Part shown: piece after piece, positions 12,801-25,102 of the stretch
How the letters are laid out: each line of letters opens with the position of its first letter
Numbering within the stretch: position 1 is the first letter of the stretch
NCBI RefSeq assembly: GCF_032062105.1
Contig: NW_026935730.1
Span: 1 to 64,000 of the forward strand
Direction of reading: 5' to 3'
Length of the DNA stretch: 64,000 bases
DNA from: Saccostrea cucullata
Lineage: Eukaryota
Position numbers and translations under genes: made by a program
Notes under the pieces: model-generated
What the model saw: the letters and a program-made list of their open reading frames with translations, nothing else
The model's database searches: none
What the model was told of the DNA's origin: nothing

Positions 12801-15800
12801 AACATAAAAAGTATGAAGTAAAGGTTTTCCAAAGTACAACCTTTGAACAGTTCATACACTGTCTGCAACAATACCAACACATTGGGAATTTTCTACTTTT
12901 ATATCATTTTGTGTGTTATTATAAATTATATTATAATTATAATAATGGACCGTTATTATAAATTATAATTATAATTATAATAATGGACCGTGGCTTGGGT
13001 ACTTAGGAGAAGTAAGCATTCTTTTCTGATCGTCCCAAATACATTTAAATTCCGTTGGTTGCAGAAATATCTTGCCGAGTTGACTAAGATTGTTTTTTGA
13101 CCAGACAGGCAGAACCAGTAACACAGTTTTTAATTAAAAAAAGAGTCATTTATTCATAAAATAACAAAAATAAAATTTGTACAAATAACAGGAATCAAAA
13201 AGGATTAGAGAAACTTACAAAGTTTTATCTTCAATAAACATTGTGCAATCTGATCCCCAACAAACATAACCTAAAATTACATGAGAATAAACTGCTCAAA
13301 TCTATACAAAACACAACCTGCCTGTACACAAAAAAGGTAGGTTATCTAAAAACATACGGGCCAGGCACATGCAAGTAATTGAAAACCGAGAAGATGGTTC
13401 TGGGGTTGTATGGAGGGTATTTTAAACTTGTTTTCTTTGAAATTTTTGCGTGCTTCTCCTTTTAATAAAATAATACACAATGATCACACAAGATGAGGAG
13501 GCACGCTGATTGGCCAAAAAGTCCAAACTGTGCCTGGTTTTGGTAAAGCTAGGTACATGGACGTAGCCGAGTTAAACAGAACTAGGTATGATTAAAACTA
13601 CGTACATAACGAAATCAATAAAATAACAAATATTTGATATGAATAATGCATGTCACATAAATGTTATCATTTTGTATTTTATATAAGAAATAACTTATTG
13701 ATTCCTTAAAATTGCTCTCTACGAAGTAGTTAAAATTAAAGCCATAAACTGGGAGAAAATTCTGGGCAAAATACGTTAGGAAATATATTTCTCAAAAAGT
13801 TATAATGACAACCCTAGAATTCAATGAATTTCTCCTTTAAATGAGTATTCAATGCATATAAGATAGATTAATAAAATTGTGCATGTTGACAATAGATAAG
13901 CAGAAAAACCCTGATCGCTGTAGTCAGTAATATCTCAATTTATGTAAAAGATGTTACATAAATGTCGAAATTTGAATACTAGTTTGACTTCATAAAGATA
14001 GATCTAGTCGACATTGGATGGATATAATTTTTGCAAAAAATGAAACTTAATCATACATATAAATATCGAGATGAATTTCACATGTGAAAATATATGGGTT
14101 TTCCCCTCTCAAATACGTTTTTGTATAAATATACCACATAGTAATATGAAATACAGTCGACATATAATGCAGCACAGTGGAATATTCAAAATATAATTAG
14201 TGACCTGTCCTCCAAGGCTGCATGAATATGGAAGTTCCGCTTTCATTTGATAACACTTCCTACAGAAACATTAATGTTTTTAGCTTGTCTTCTTCAGTTT
14301 TTCGTGAAAAATAAATAATAATCCAGTTTTAATTCTTCAGAAAAGGTGTTATTATTGAAACAAATTTTTATTGAAGAAAAAAAAAGTTTCTTTTCATGTC
14401 TTTAGGCTACATGTATATAAAGTTAAGGAGGTTTGATCCTGAACTTTTGAGCAGATTTTGATCCTGTCCTTTATTTATAAAATTCTTCATGATTTTTAGG
14501 TTCAAAAAATAAATCTGAATTCCATAATGCCAACTGAACAATATTCAATGAAAAAAAACACTATAAAATTCCATTCAAGTAGAATTAAGCTAGGAACTAT
14601 CTTTTGTGGCGGAAGGTTTTTTTTAGAAGAAATGATCAATGTTTTTCCTTTTGAACTATAACAGTACTGTTAATTTTAGATTCCTTTTTTCCATGCTGGT
14701 TGCACACAAAGCTGTTTTTTGCAGTGAAACATTGTATGCTGATTTTGAAATATCTATGGAACTATTTCTTATGAATTCCTTCAACGAAGTGTGACAAATA
14801 TAGTAAACATATTCTGAAAATCCAGGGGAAAAATGAGCCAATTTCAACTTAAAATTTACGCTTTTTTAGTAATATCTGAAAATTTACATCATATACCCCC
14901 ATTTTATTACTCACATTTTATTAGTGCAGGAAGGTCAAAGAATTGAATCTGCGAAGTAATTTGGAACTTTTTCTTAGTCACAATTTTAAAGTTTCTTTTT
15001 TGAATAAACTTAAAGTTCATTTTGTATCAAGCTTTGATTGGATAAAATATAAGACACAAATTTCAGTGCAAAAAGGTCAAATTAAATGTACTGTAGCGCC
15101 AAAAGAAGCATATTGACCCCCATTTTTTCATTTGAAGTTTAATTACGTTATGTATGTAGAAATTAAAAATATACTTGGCAAACAGAGTTGAAGACATTAA
15201 ATATAAGGATCAAACGTCGTTAAAAGCATGTTTGCGTTTACTTCTTTTATCTTTCGTAAAAGCTCGCAGCTTTCTATGTGAAATCAATGAAATATACATT
15301 TTTTTGTAGACGGACAAAAACAGGACCTTTTAAAAACTGAATTAATTTTAATAAATCTATTTATTTAAGGAATGAAGCTTATTTCAACTTATGTTGTGAG
15401 ATATAACATAAATTTGGACAGAGTACGCATTATAAACCGCGAAGGAGTTTATAAAAAAGCGTAAACTGCCCCAAGTTATGTTATATCGTATAACATAGGT
15501 TGAAATAAGCTTCATTCCTTATTATTCAATTTCAATGAAGACAATGAGACAATTTTTTTTTTCATTTTTTCCTTCGAAAAAAAAGCTTCTCAAATATCGC
15601 ATATTTTAAAAGTTAACCTCAGGCAAGTTATGTTATTCAAAATGGATAAAACCGTTTAACCAATCAAATGACGTGTTACAGCTAAAATTATATTTTTGCA
15701 CTTTGTGGAAAGTGCTGCTGCTTTCAATAGAATTCATATTTTATTTGTTAAAATTTCATGTAATCTGGCTCATGTAAAAATATGCATGACCTTTACCATG

Positions 15801-18800
15801 TATATTATGTCACCATTAAGTAAACCCTGGATTTTAAGAATGCAGCAGTAATTTTCAAGCTAAGGAAAATATTCCGTTTAATGTTGAAATGCATTTCTCA
15901 GTGAAAAACTACTTTGTAAGCCTCTCATAGCACGTGAAAGACGTCATTTTTATCGACAAGTTCGATGCGATTAGTGATTTTTTATAAACTGCTATGTGGG
16001 ATTTAACAAGCAACTGTTTTTAATGTATTGATTAGTTTTAATGGTGTTTATTATACTAATATAGTATTAAGTTTCAAATTGTTTCATGTCTTGATATTAC
16101 GAGGCATAGCTTTTTCTGTGATGTCATAATAAACAATTCCCGTATAAATTAGGCCACGTCCCTTTGTTCTAGTCTTAACTATTCTGCGCTTTTATTTTTG
16201 CAGTTTTCAGAAGTGATAAAAAAATCATGATAGTTTTGAATTTAAAGTTTAAACAATTTAAATGAATTGTCTGTTCTTATCCAAATCCAAAATGTGATAA
16301 AAATAATGTTACATCAGAATCCTGTATCAGGAATATATAGTACCCTGATAAAGAAGAAAACAAGCCTAGGAGTAGGATAATGAAATTGAATGAAGATTAT
16401 ATCCTAGCAATATGGTTCTACCTAGTGTAGCTTACTACATATATACCTGTTTCACAATACTGTCCAGAGTATCCATCGTTACACTCAAAACATTCTCCTA
16501 TCTGAGAGTGACATGTGTTATTCAAACAATTCTGAGGACACTTTGACGTGCAGTTTCCTCCGTAAAATCCCAAGTCACATCCTGCAATTCACAACAAAAG
16601 AACTACTTTTACTGATCTTCTATTGCGAGATAAAACTGATTAAAAAAGCATTATGTGAAGTCGATACCTGTATGCAAGTCATGAATGAATTTATATGTAT
16701 GTTATAAGCCATGGTACAGTAGTAAATAACTTACTGAGGATGCCAACGTTTCAAATAAACAAGAAGGTTTATAAATACCAAAAAATTGCAAGAAACATTC
16801 AAATCACTAAATTATTTCTAATTTTTCTGTACTTTACATTTGCTACCGATCATGACTTTTTAAAACTAAAGAAAAGTGTGTTTTTATTCCGTACACTTGC
16901 AAAATTTAACTAACGATTTTGCATTAAATAGAACGCTTTGAGTTTTAACAAGCATTTAAAATCGTGAAAAATATGCCATTGCCTTTTTCGTAGTTTTGAG
17001 TTTCTGAAAAAAAGAAATTATTTAAAAAAAAATCATTTTCTTTTCTTATTTAACAATTTGTTGAGGAAGCTGGTTGGGCCTGGGGCACAATAAAGCCCAG
17101 TAAAACGAAAATACAAGAAAAAAATAAAAAAAATATCTAATGGAGAATATTTAAAACGCAGATAGTACCATGGCGTTTATGAATCAATCCAAGAGAAGAG
17201 AACAGTTACCTTTTACTTCGATTTCACATATATTTATATACGAAAAGTCGGATACATTAGGAAATGATGTTGTATTTTTTGCATTGTACACAGTAACGTA
17301 GCGACCGTAAGTGACACAGTCTACCGTGACGTTATTATGAGGTATTTGTTGTATATCATGTTGATAACAGAGAGTTCCTGATCTCCAGTCTTCTGTATCA
17401 GATACATACACAGAAAATCCAGACAAGGTGTTCCCTTCTGGAGAGAAATCATACAAAAGATGAATCATTATACCTTATGATGATTTGTCTAAAGAATAGT
17501 TATAGCCCAGCCACATATTTATATGATAAGATTAAAAATATCAATTCACATATTTTTGCAGAGATATTTTATTTTGAATACCATATATTAGTACCTTTGA
17601 TTGAGCAACATTTTAACATCTACTCCATTATTCCTTACTTTGACATTTAACAGCCACAGCTGATCCTGATGGACAGCCATATGATCCTTTTATACATCTA
17701 TTTATGTTAACTTCATTGCCTGCACAGTTCAATTTATTTTCATAAAATGGAGCCGATGAGGAATCAATAGATTTGGAATGAAGGGGACTGTCTCTAAAAA
17801 AAATAAAGAATTTATGTTTCATAAAATGTTTTATATACAAGCTTGTTTACATTGTTATTGACATAGTTAGATAAAAACTGCAGTTATTATTAATATGTTG
17901 CATGAAGAACCCTAAGGCAGGATCTATTGATCTGGATCGAATTTTTAACTATATAAATTGGCGGAAACATGAGGTTGTGGTCAATTTAAAATGAAGAATT
18001 AATCCATTTATACTAACATATATCTATATCAAATGAGTATGTATCTATATATACATTTGTATATAAAAATATACCGAACCATTGAAATTTCCCTGTCTTA
18101 CCAGTTAAGGCGTGTTATTAGATTTGAACAGTTTGATTTATTGTACATTCGACTTTTCGAGAATTCGGCTTTGCGGTAATTTCATCTTATCAACAAAGGA
18201 CGGGAAATTTCCCACCCTTTATTGCGATTTGTGCAATAATTGGATAAATTTCATAGAATACCCGGGCAACATGCATTTTGAGGGCATATTTCTCTTGTAG
18301 ATTCACACAGAATGTCTTCAATTTACCCCAATTAATCACCTGTGCCAGTCAAATGTAAACGCGATTCATCAACTCTGATTCAGAGGGGTAGGGGAAAGGG
18401 GCGTTTCACATTCAAGTTTTCGCTATTGTTAGAATATGTACATAATGGACAAGTGAAAGGAAAAGGGATATGTCCAACATTATAACAGCACACTCAGGCT
18501 TCAAAAAACAATCCCTTTACTGAAATAAACAACAACGCCAAAAATCTACATGCCATGTGAATAGAATGTAAAAAATAAATATCACACTTTACCCACCATG
18601 TCAGCTTAAGTATGCAATGACTTTTAAACAGTTTGATATTTTATGGGCAGACTTATCCTAGTCACGTAATAAACTTCTGAATGATCAGTGTCACCAGTCC
18701 ACCTATGCTAAGCATCCAATAATGATTACTTGATTGATTTATTGATAGAATATTCTTAACGTCCCTCTTAAGAAATTTTCACTCATATGGAAACGCCACC

Positions 18801-21800
18801 ACTTGCCGGTAGAGAGCTGTAAATTTGTTCCTTAATCGGCAGTCAGGGCCATTGAGGAGGGAGAGGTCATTTTTGTGTCAGCACCTACTGCAACACGGAA
18901 CCTCGGTTTATACGGTCTCATTCAAAGGACCGGTCTCCACGTCCACAATGGGATTTACAACCGCGACATAAGGATTGAGACCCTACTTTGCGACTCTTGA
19001 GCAGACGCTCTAACCACTGCGCCAGGCTGGCAACTAATTACTTTGACAACCAATAACCTGAATTGTTAAATTTGTCTAGTGCATGCCTTAAAAGCATATA
19101 TTACTCGACATTAACACAAATATGGTACTTTATTCACCTTCTAATCTGGTGAAACAATTCCTCATTGTATATATGCATTTAATTGCTATATTTTTTTTTA
19201 CGTTTGGACTAATCACTTAACCTCTGTCAAAGTTTTGCTGCTACAAAAGCAGGTAAGAATGGTTCATTCGAAAATGTCATCCAATAACTTGGTCATTTGA
19301 ACTCAAATGCAAGCAGACGTTGAATTAAAATTAATGTTTTTAAGTTCTAAATTCCAAACTTGGTCATAAGAATTCCAAAGTTAGATGTTTCCTCTTATTC
19401 ACGTACTGCCACCGAGTATCAAAAAAAAGAGAGGTTAGTAGATAACTGTTTTAGGAAGAAAGATTACAGAATGGTTTTTAGGTCAGCTTATGGCTGCTCA
19501 AAAAAGGTGTACACTTTTTGTAGCATCAGCTCAATATGGAACAGAAGAAATTTCAACTGTTAAGAGGTCATCATATAGTTGCTTATAAAACAGTTATTAA
19601 GTGAGTGATCTTGGCAAGGTTTTGCTTTGAAATGTGCAAGCTTGTTCATGAGATCAGTATATGACTGCTAATGTCTATTCACGTCATGAGCTTCATACAT
19701 TTTACACTTCAATTTGCTTGTGTAAGCAGTTTGTGAGCTTATATACATGAGATAAGAATCTTATATACATGAGATAAGAATTTTTCTGCTCAGAAAAACT
19801 GTACAGTAGTCAAAATCTAAGCAGATGTTTGTTTTTGAATTAGTGTATGAGGTCAGCATAAACATGTAGCTGCTCAAAAACTGCATGGCAGTTGGAGCTT
19901 ATCATACCTTTGTTCTTACATTTTATAAAAACTGTATTGTATAAATGAGCTTACCATAGTAGGATTTGTTGTTAAATATTGTTTTACGAGGTCAGCATAT
20001 GGGGGTTTTTATATTATCTTTATTTATCTTAAAGGGTTAGCAACTGCTCCTCGTCAATATTGTTACTTAGCCAGATAACTCTTTTATATGATATTTTAAT
20101 TTGTTGATGTTTGTTACAAAGGTTTGACCATATACTTTATATACATAATTTGACAAGATAGATGCTTAAAGCAATAACATAAAATTAATATGAATACCGG
20201 TATAATACTACATATGTACCTACATCAACACGAGTCATTAAGTCTGTCCGCACAGTGTTATTCAATGAATTGTCTATTTTTGGGCTGACTGAATGCGTCT
20301 CGGTAGCTTCTTTGTTTACACCACCTTCATGTCAGACTTACATTGTAATTATTAAGTAACAGTACATGTAACTGGGATAAGTCGCAGTATTATAGTTTTG
20401 TTAAAATGGTTCCTATATAAAGTTTAGAAGGTAAAATAAATATCTTTTATAGTCTGAAAATTTCCACGCATAGCAATGTTATGCGCCGGGTATAGTTTTT
20501 GCTAATCACCCCTCGGAAAATTTAAATGCAAATTTTGCCACCGATTTTTATTTCCAAGGATAAATCTATAGACTGATGATGTCATAATGACTTCAGCTGC
20601 ATTGTGCCGTCATTAGGATTTCAGATTATTCTTGCAGTATTATCTTACTCCAAAAAAAATTCAATCCTCAGAAATAATACTATACATCAGTGTAATAAAA
20701 CACTTATCCACTGTTTGAGAGTGGGAAGCTCTTTCATCAAACCCTTGACAGGGACTATTCCCCTTGGCAAGCCCTTTGGGAATAGTTCCCTGTCGCGGGT
20801 TTGATAAAAAAGCTATCCCACTCAAAACCAGTGGATAAGTGTATAATATATCATATCAAAGTTGAAACTATTCATCAATTTTCCTTATCCCAGCTATAAT
20901 TTACATGAGTGTACGTAATTGTGTATTTTATGTCTTTTGTCATTTATCTGGTCATGACATGTTCACCCAACTCAATTTCTTCTGTTTCCTTTAGTGGTTC
21001 AAACAAAAAGGACAAGCTGTGGAAAGGCGTTTAATATTATGAGATTTATTGTTCTTTAATAAAAAAAAACTGGATGAAAAAATATTTTTATCTTATAAAA
21101 AAAAATGCCTAGGGAAAAAGAAGAATGAGAAATATATAACGTGCTCAAAATAGAAACAAAAATCTGAATTAAAGTATTTCAAATATTAATACACATTGTT
21201 TGATTTAATTACTTACCTTCGAGCCTAATGCAAGGATTAAAGATTTGTTTTTCAAATTAAAAGAAATATTCTATATTTGAAAAATACACATGTTAAAAAA
21301 ACACTTGTTAGGAATTCTCAAGTTGTTGTTGTACTCGAAGTTAACACTTTCGTAATTTGTACATCACTTGATAATTAAATAATACGTGTTTATTTAAATT
21401 TTTTTCTTTCAAATTTATAGATTATTTCTTTTAACTATTTATTTATCAATACAACCCCTATACCCATTTTAATTCTACAACTCATTTTTTAATTTTTTTG
21501 CATTTGATCTCTTTCTAAAATAATATCAATATAAACCCTAATGATTTTCAATCTGTTAGGTACGTAAGATTCTGTTATTTCTATTTTTTTTTTGTATGGA
21601 ATAACATTATATTCGACCATGTTGATATAATCTGCTCTTTAAAAATACTATGAACAGGAGTTGTATTTTCAGAGTATCTTTTTCATAAAGATTTCATATA
21701 GATACATGTATTTGAATACGCTTTAAGATGTTTGAAAAGAAATGAATTTTTGAATTAACATAAACTACTAGAATAAAAACAAAAATCAAAAATCCCTTTT

Positions 21801-23309
21801 ATAGCTTGCAATTATTATGATCAGGATAATCAATTCTATCAAACGTCGTCATATGTCATAAAAAATAATCAAATGTATACTCACGGTAAAAAACCCCAAG
21901 CCAGACAAACGACCTGGGCATCTTTTGCATCAAAGCTATCCAAACAAATTCTTCTTAGTGAATTGGCAGCAAAGACTGGTCCGTCTCCATTTGTATCAGC
22001 ATAGATACCAGAATCAGATGTTCTTAATGAGGATGCATCAAGACCAACTGAAAATTAAATAGGTATGTTTAGATCTTTGAATGTTATAGAATTAATTTTT
22101 TTAGAGGATTTTTAAAAAAAAAAAAATAGAATAATAATACACATCATTTATTTATATATCTGCCCTAGCAATATCATGAAACATTTCATGCCAAACAAAT
22201 ACCTAAATCTTTTACATTTCTTTTCGTTTTTTTATGACACAGTGACATTTATGCTAAGTTTGTCCACTAACAAAAACTAAATATTTCCATTTCTATTTGT
22301 TTTCTTTGTGATAAATGTAACTCTTTCAAAGTAAGTGGAGTTGCTTCTTTGTTAAAATTCTCCCCGAATGTTAATCAGGCAAATCGATACTCCAGGAACT
22401 TAAGAGGCCTCATACACATGTAAATCTCGTGCGCGTTTGTCTTTGTGTCTGACGCTAGGGAGGCAAGATATGCGTGCAAATTTCGTGCGGCTGCCTCTGT
22501 GTTTGACATGGGAGTAACAAAATCTATTAGTCGACGTTTTTGAAATCTTAATCTACAATTTTATTTCACAATGAAATGGAAATATAACGAATCAAGTAAG
22601 TAAAGTAAAGTTAGTAAAGTATGCCAGGGACACGACAGCAGGAAACGTAGTATAAATTATGCATAATGGGCTTCCCTTGCTTCCAATTATCGTCGATGTC
22701 CTGGCATACTAAATAAATATTCATAAAACATTGACCAATTTATTTTGTTTGACAAATGAAATAAGAGTAAAGTAACGTAAATCTAAATGCTTACAGCCCC
22801 CGTGTAAGATTGAGATCGATGCTATATTTTTATTCTCCCCGAGATCCACTGTTAACCACGCCTCTTTCTGACCGGAAGCTGTCAGTGCACATTCCAGTAG
22901 GTATGTACTCTTGTCTCCGTCCACGGCTTTACTTGGTGAAAAGTATCCGTAATTGTATCTACTACTGACCTTCACAGGTTTCCTACTGGCAAGATTTTCT
23001 AGAAGTAATTGTATATTTAATTTATTCTACTCTTTTTTTCATCTTTATTGACATGCTTCAAAACACAACCTTTATGGTATCTGATTCCTGATATTCTTAA
23101 AATAAGTTGATTGTTTGCACTTTTATACATGATTTTTTGTTCTGTTTATTTCCTGACTTTTAAAAATAAATCTTAAATATTGAATTGTAAAGCTTTTAAT
23201 GTTTTCGTACGACTTAAACATGTAACAAATATTAAAACCTACCATATTGTTGAGAATTGATAAGGAACTGGCTGAAAATAAGTAGAAAATTGATGACACC
23301 GAGGTCCAT
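6602..23309 (-). CDS. Type-I membrane receptor, 557 aa: SP / F-type-lectin-like domain with inserted SRCR / 4x EGF (MEGF10/CED-1/SREC-like) / TM / Tyr-motif tail
   Basis: Hand-spliced complement(join(23243-23309,22795-22998,21885-22047,17639-17793,17210-17437,16447-16581,12284-12421,11645-11785,7209-7355,6602-6897)). All introns are GT-AG, with phases 1,1,2,1,1,1,1,1,1. Total 1674 nt, open from ATG to TAA. Confidence 0.88.
7209..7355 (-). CDS. Receptor gene 1 exon 9: EGF-like repeat
   Basis: CASTFYGVICNQSCSNDCRDNICNPETGHCIRCNEGRSGEFCQTGIST; 147 nt, phase 1-1. Confidence 0.88.
7516..9441 (-). mobile_element. Full-length mariner (DD34D) DNA transposon
   Basis: Perfect 28-bp TIRs CGAGGGCCGTTCAAAAATTACGCGGACT; TA TSD at 7514-7515 and 9442-9443. 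Confidence 0.95.
7753..9046 (-). pseudogene. Mariner transposase (~353 aa), one intron, two premature stops
   Basis: Exons 9046-8363 and 8130-7753. Motifs WIPRLL, TTDETW, HQDNAPAH and YSPDLAPMDF (34 residues between the last two catalytic D). TGA at 8924-8926 and TAG at 7813-7815. Confidence 0.92.
11645..11785 (-). CDS. Receptor gene 1 exon 8: EGF-like repeat
   Basis: CDPGHFGLMCKDHCSPHCLDPMSCDHVNGSCDGGCRDGWIGSRCRK; 141 nt, phase 1-1. Confidence 0.9.
11946..11977. mobile_element. Solo terminus of the MITE family at 53447-54463
   Basis: GACTCGGTTTGTGTACGAAGTGACTGGACACC is the exact reverse complement of the 53447 left end. Confidence 0.75.
12284..12421 (-). CDS. Receptor gene 1 exon 7: EGF-like repeat
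   Basis: CPAGKYGQGCSLHCGPCINNTPCNHVNGSCPGECSPGWRGDKCDQ; 138 nt, phase 1-1. Confidence 0.9.
15366..15521. repeat. ~155-bp imperfect palindrome (hairpin MITE)
   Basis: TAAGGAATGAAGCTTATTTCAAC...GTTGAAATAAGCTTCATTCCTTA; the arms pair nearly to the centre. Confidence 0.8.
15698..16188. mobile_element. Diverged partial relative of the CGCAG-TIR element
   Basis: ACTTT..GAAAGTGCTGCTGCTTT.AATA.AATTC and the terminal CCCGTATAAATT.GGCC...TTAAC.ATTCTGCG resemble 50772 and 51450-51499. Confidence 0.55.
16447..16581 (-). CDS. Receptor gene 1 exon 6: EGF-like repeat
   Basis: CDLGFYGGNCTSKCPQNCLNNTCHSQIGECFECNDGYSGQYCET; 135 nt, phase 1-1. Not in the ORF track. Confidence 0.88.
17210..17437 (-). CDS. Receptor gene 1 exon 5: C-terminal half of F-type-lectin-like domain
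   Basis: LSGFSVYVS...LC...DC...GRYVTVYN...NICEIEVKG contains the GRYV and LCEVEV-type motifs. Confidence 0.9.
17639..17793 (-). CDS. Receptor gene 1 exon 4: SRCR C-terminal half
   Basis: PFYENKLNCAGNEVNINRC...GCPSGSAVAVKCQ matches SRCR C-x-G-x-E-x5-C...C...V-x-C. Phase 2 in, phase 1 out. Confidence 0.88.
18731..19031 (-). mobile_element. tRNA-derived SINE with V-domain-like core
   Basis: On the minus strand: A-box TGGCGCAGTGG, core GAATGAGACCGTATAAACCGAGGTTCCGTG, and tail GGGACGTTAAG...(CAAT)n. Shares core and tail with the 43424 SINE. Confidence 0.75.
20700..20842. repeat. ~143-bp imperfect palindrome (hairpin MITE)
   Basis: ACACTTATCCACTG...GACAGGGACTATTCCC / GGGAATAGTTCCCTGTC...CAGTGGATAAGTGT. 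Confidence 0.8.
21885..22047 (-). CDS. Receptor gene 1 exon 3: SRCR N-terminal half
   Basis: ...GDGPVF...RRICLDSFDAKDAQVVCLAWGF matches the SRCR pattern VC-x2-F/W-x3-DAxVVC-x2-LG. Boundaries TTTCAG| and |GTGAGT. Confidence 0.88.
22618..22710. repeat. Small inverted-repeat element
   Basis: AGTATGCCAGGGACACGAC ... GTCGATGTCCTGGCATACT. Confidence 0.65.
22795..22998 (-). CDS. Receptor gene 1 exon 2: N-terminal half of F-type-lectin-like domain
   Basis: ENLASRKPVKVSS...SKAVDGD...ECALT...AWLTVDLG...IASISILHGG. NLA, AVDG and W-x-VDLG are FTP-fold motifs. Confidence 0.9.
23243..23309 (-). CDS. Receptor gene 1 exon 1: signal peptide
   Basis: MDLGVINFLLIFSQFLINSQQY followed by a G|GTAGG donor. Phase 1 matches exon 2. 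Confidence 0.75.
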
Positions 23310-24695
23310 AATGTATTAATTGAGATCCCTGTTCATATTGGAACCATCCTCTCTTGTGAAATATCCCAAGTTATAACGTAAAATACTCCTGCTTTGCGTT
23401 GATATTTATCTAACACTGTTTTAAGGACTGCGTTAAAATATATAAATGGTTCATAAAAAGCTTTTTTCTTACTCCCGGAGCAATGAAATATTTAAATCAT
23501 GCTTCTTTGTTAGTTTGTCAATTTCCGGTTTGGTGAACAAGTAACTACGAATATAAAATGTTTGTAACCACAAATAGGAAGGTGAATATAAAACTACACC
23601 CAAACGTACAACTTTACTTTTTTCGAATCTATTTCTGTTCATATTCTGAATTCATATTATGTTCATAGCCTGAAAAATTCAGGCTAAAGCATTATATGAG
23701 TTGAAAACATGATGTACAATCTCTTCTTTATATGGAATTGGCTAATTAAGTATAGAAATTAAGAAGAATATTTTGAAAGTAATTTTCAAAAGTCGAATGC
23801 ATTTTTTAAACTTTGACATGAAGTAATAATTCTTGTTATGTGTAAAGTAAGGGAAGAAACCTTTATATACAATCAGGGATTTTTTTCACATTAAGGTATG
23901 TCACTCGTGAAATTTGTTAAATCAAGGATTTATTGAGAGTACTCATATAGAGTGACTCAAAATCTCAGAGAAAATAGGGGGTCAGTGTTCATCTTACTGA
24001 TCTACGGTACAATAAAGTAGACCTTTTTGCACTTAAATTTTAACTCTTTTAATTCTTAAACCTTTATTATATTTTATCAGATGTAAAAATATTATCTTAT
24101 TTTACGTAAAATATTTTGAATAATATTTATCATTGAAAAAATCTTGCAAATTAATGCGCGTAAATTATTGTGTGACTTTTTCGCACTAAAAAGTAACATA
24201 TTCTGGTGTATTAAAAACTAAATAGTCAATAAAACATTTTCTTAAATCAAGCTTTTTACGACTAAGTGCTGCTCAGTAACAAGTAACGAGTACTTCAAAA
24301 TAATGAAAGAAAAAGTTGGGGTCAGTGATATACAGTATGTGATTTTCAGGCAAAAAATGGCATTAATTTTACATTGAGTTATTTGACATATCTTCATTTT
24401 TTGGCAAAGTTTGTTGAAGGAAGGTGTAAAACTTGTTCTAAAAATATAAATTAAGATCAATACTAAATATTCCTAGCAATATCATAATGGAAAATAGTCT
24501 CCGAGTAAAAGTATGTGAGGCTGAAGGTCCAAGATCTTAAATTTAACAAATGTGCAGATTTGCAGAATTATCTGCTACATGTAAATATCCTTCCAACACA
24601 CAAAAAAAATAGTTCCTCACAAATCTTGCTTCTTTGTAGCTTTTTGAGCAGTTTTTGCGTTGAAAGTTAAAACATTAACATTGTTGAAATTAGAT

Positions 24696-25102
24696 TTATT
24701 TCAGATTCCCTATAAATCAAACAAACAATATGGATGTTATTTTGCTTGTTTAATATGGCGCTTCTGGCCGCGGTGATCAATTTGCTGTGGCTTCCACAGG
24801 GCTGCCCCACAATCAACAATCAATACAACAAATGTGACGACCCAAATCGGGCGGATCATGCACTGGGTAGGTCACAAGTGCATAAACGGCACCAATGCAA
24901 TAATCAATCAAATTCAATCAATCAATTATTAATCAATCAGTCAATCAATCATTTCAAATATCAATCAAGTCAATTACTTGTTAATCAATCAATTATTAAT
25001 CAATCAATCAATTCAAATATCAATCAAGTCAATAAACAATGGAATGAGCGTAAGAATATGTGTTGCACTCGTCCAATCGCGTTGAGGTGCGACGGAATAC
25101 GC
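24696..25102 (+). repeat. Segment A, copy 1 (~405 bp)
   Basis: Near-identical to 26796-27202 (offset 2100); contains an AATC-rich low-complexity tract. Confidence 0.95.

Noticed and set aside
12915-12990. ~37-bp tandem duplication (also a 22-bp one at ~19738-19780)
   Set aside because: Ordinary local slippage duplications in introns.
14423-15120. Possible Kolobok-type element starting TTAAGGAGG
   Set aside because: No matching right terminus could be identified.
23310-23600. Core promoter of gene 1
   Set aside because: No unambiguous TATA/Inr on the minus strand in this AT-rich background, and a non-coding upstream exon cannot be excluded.
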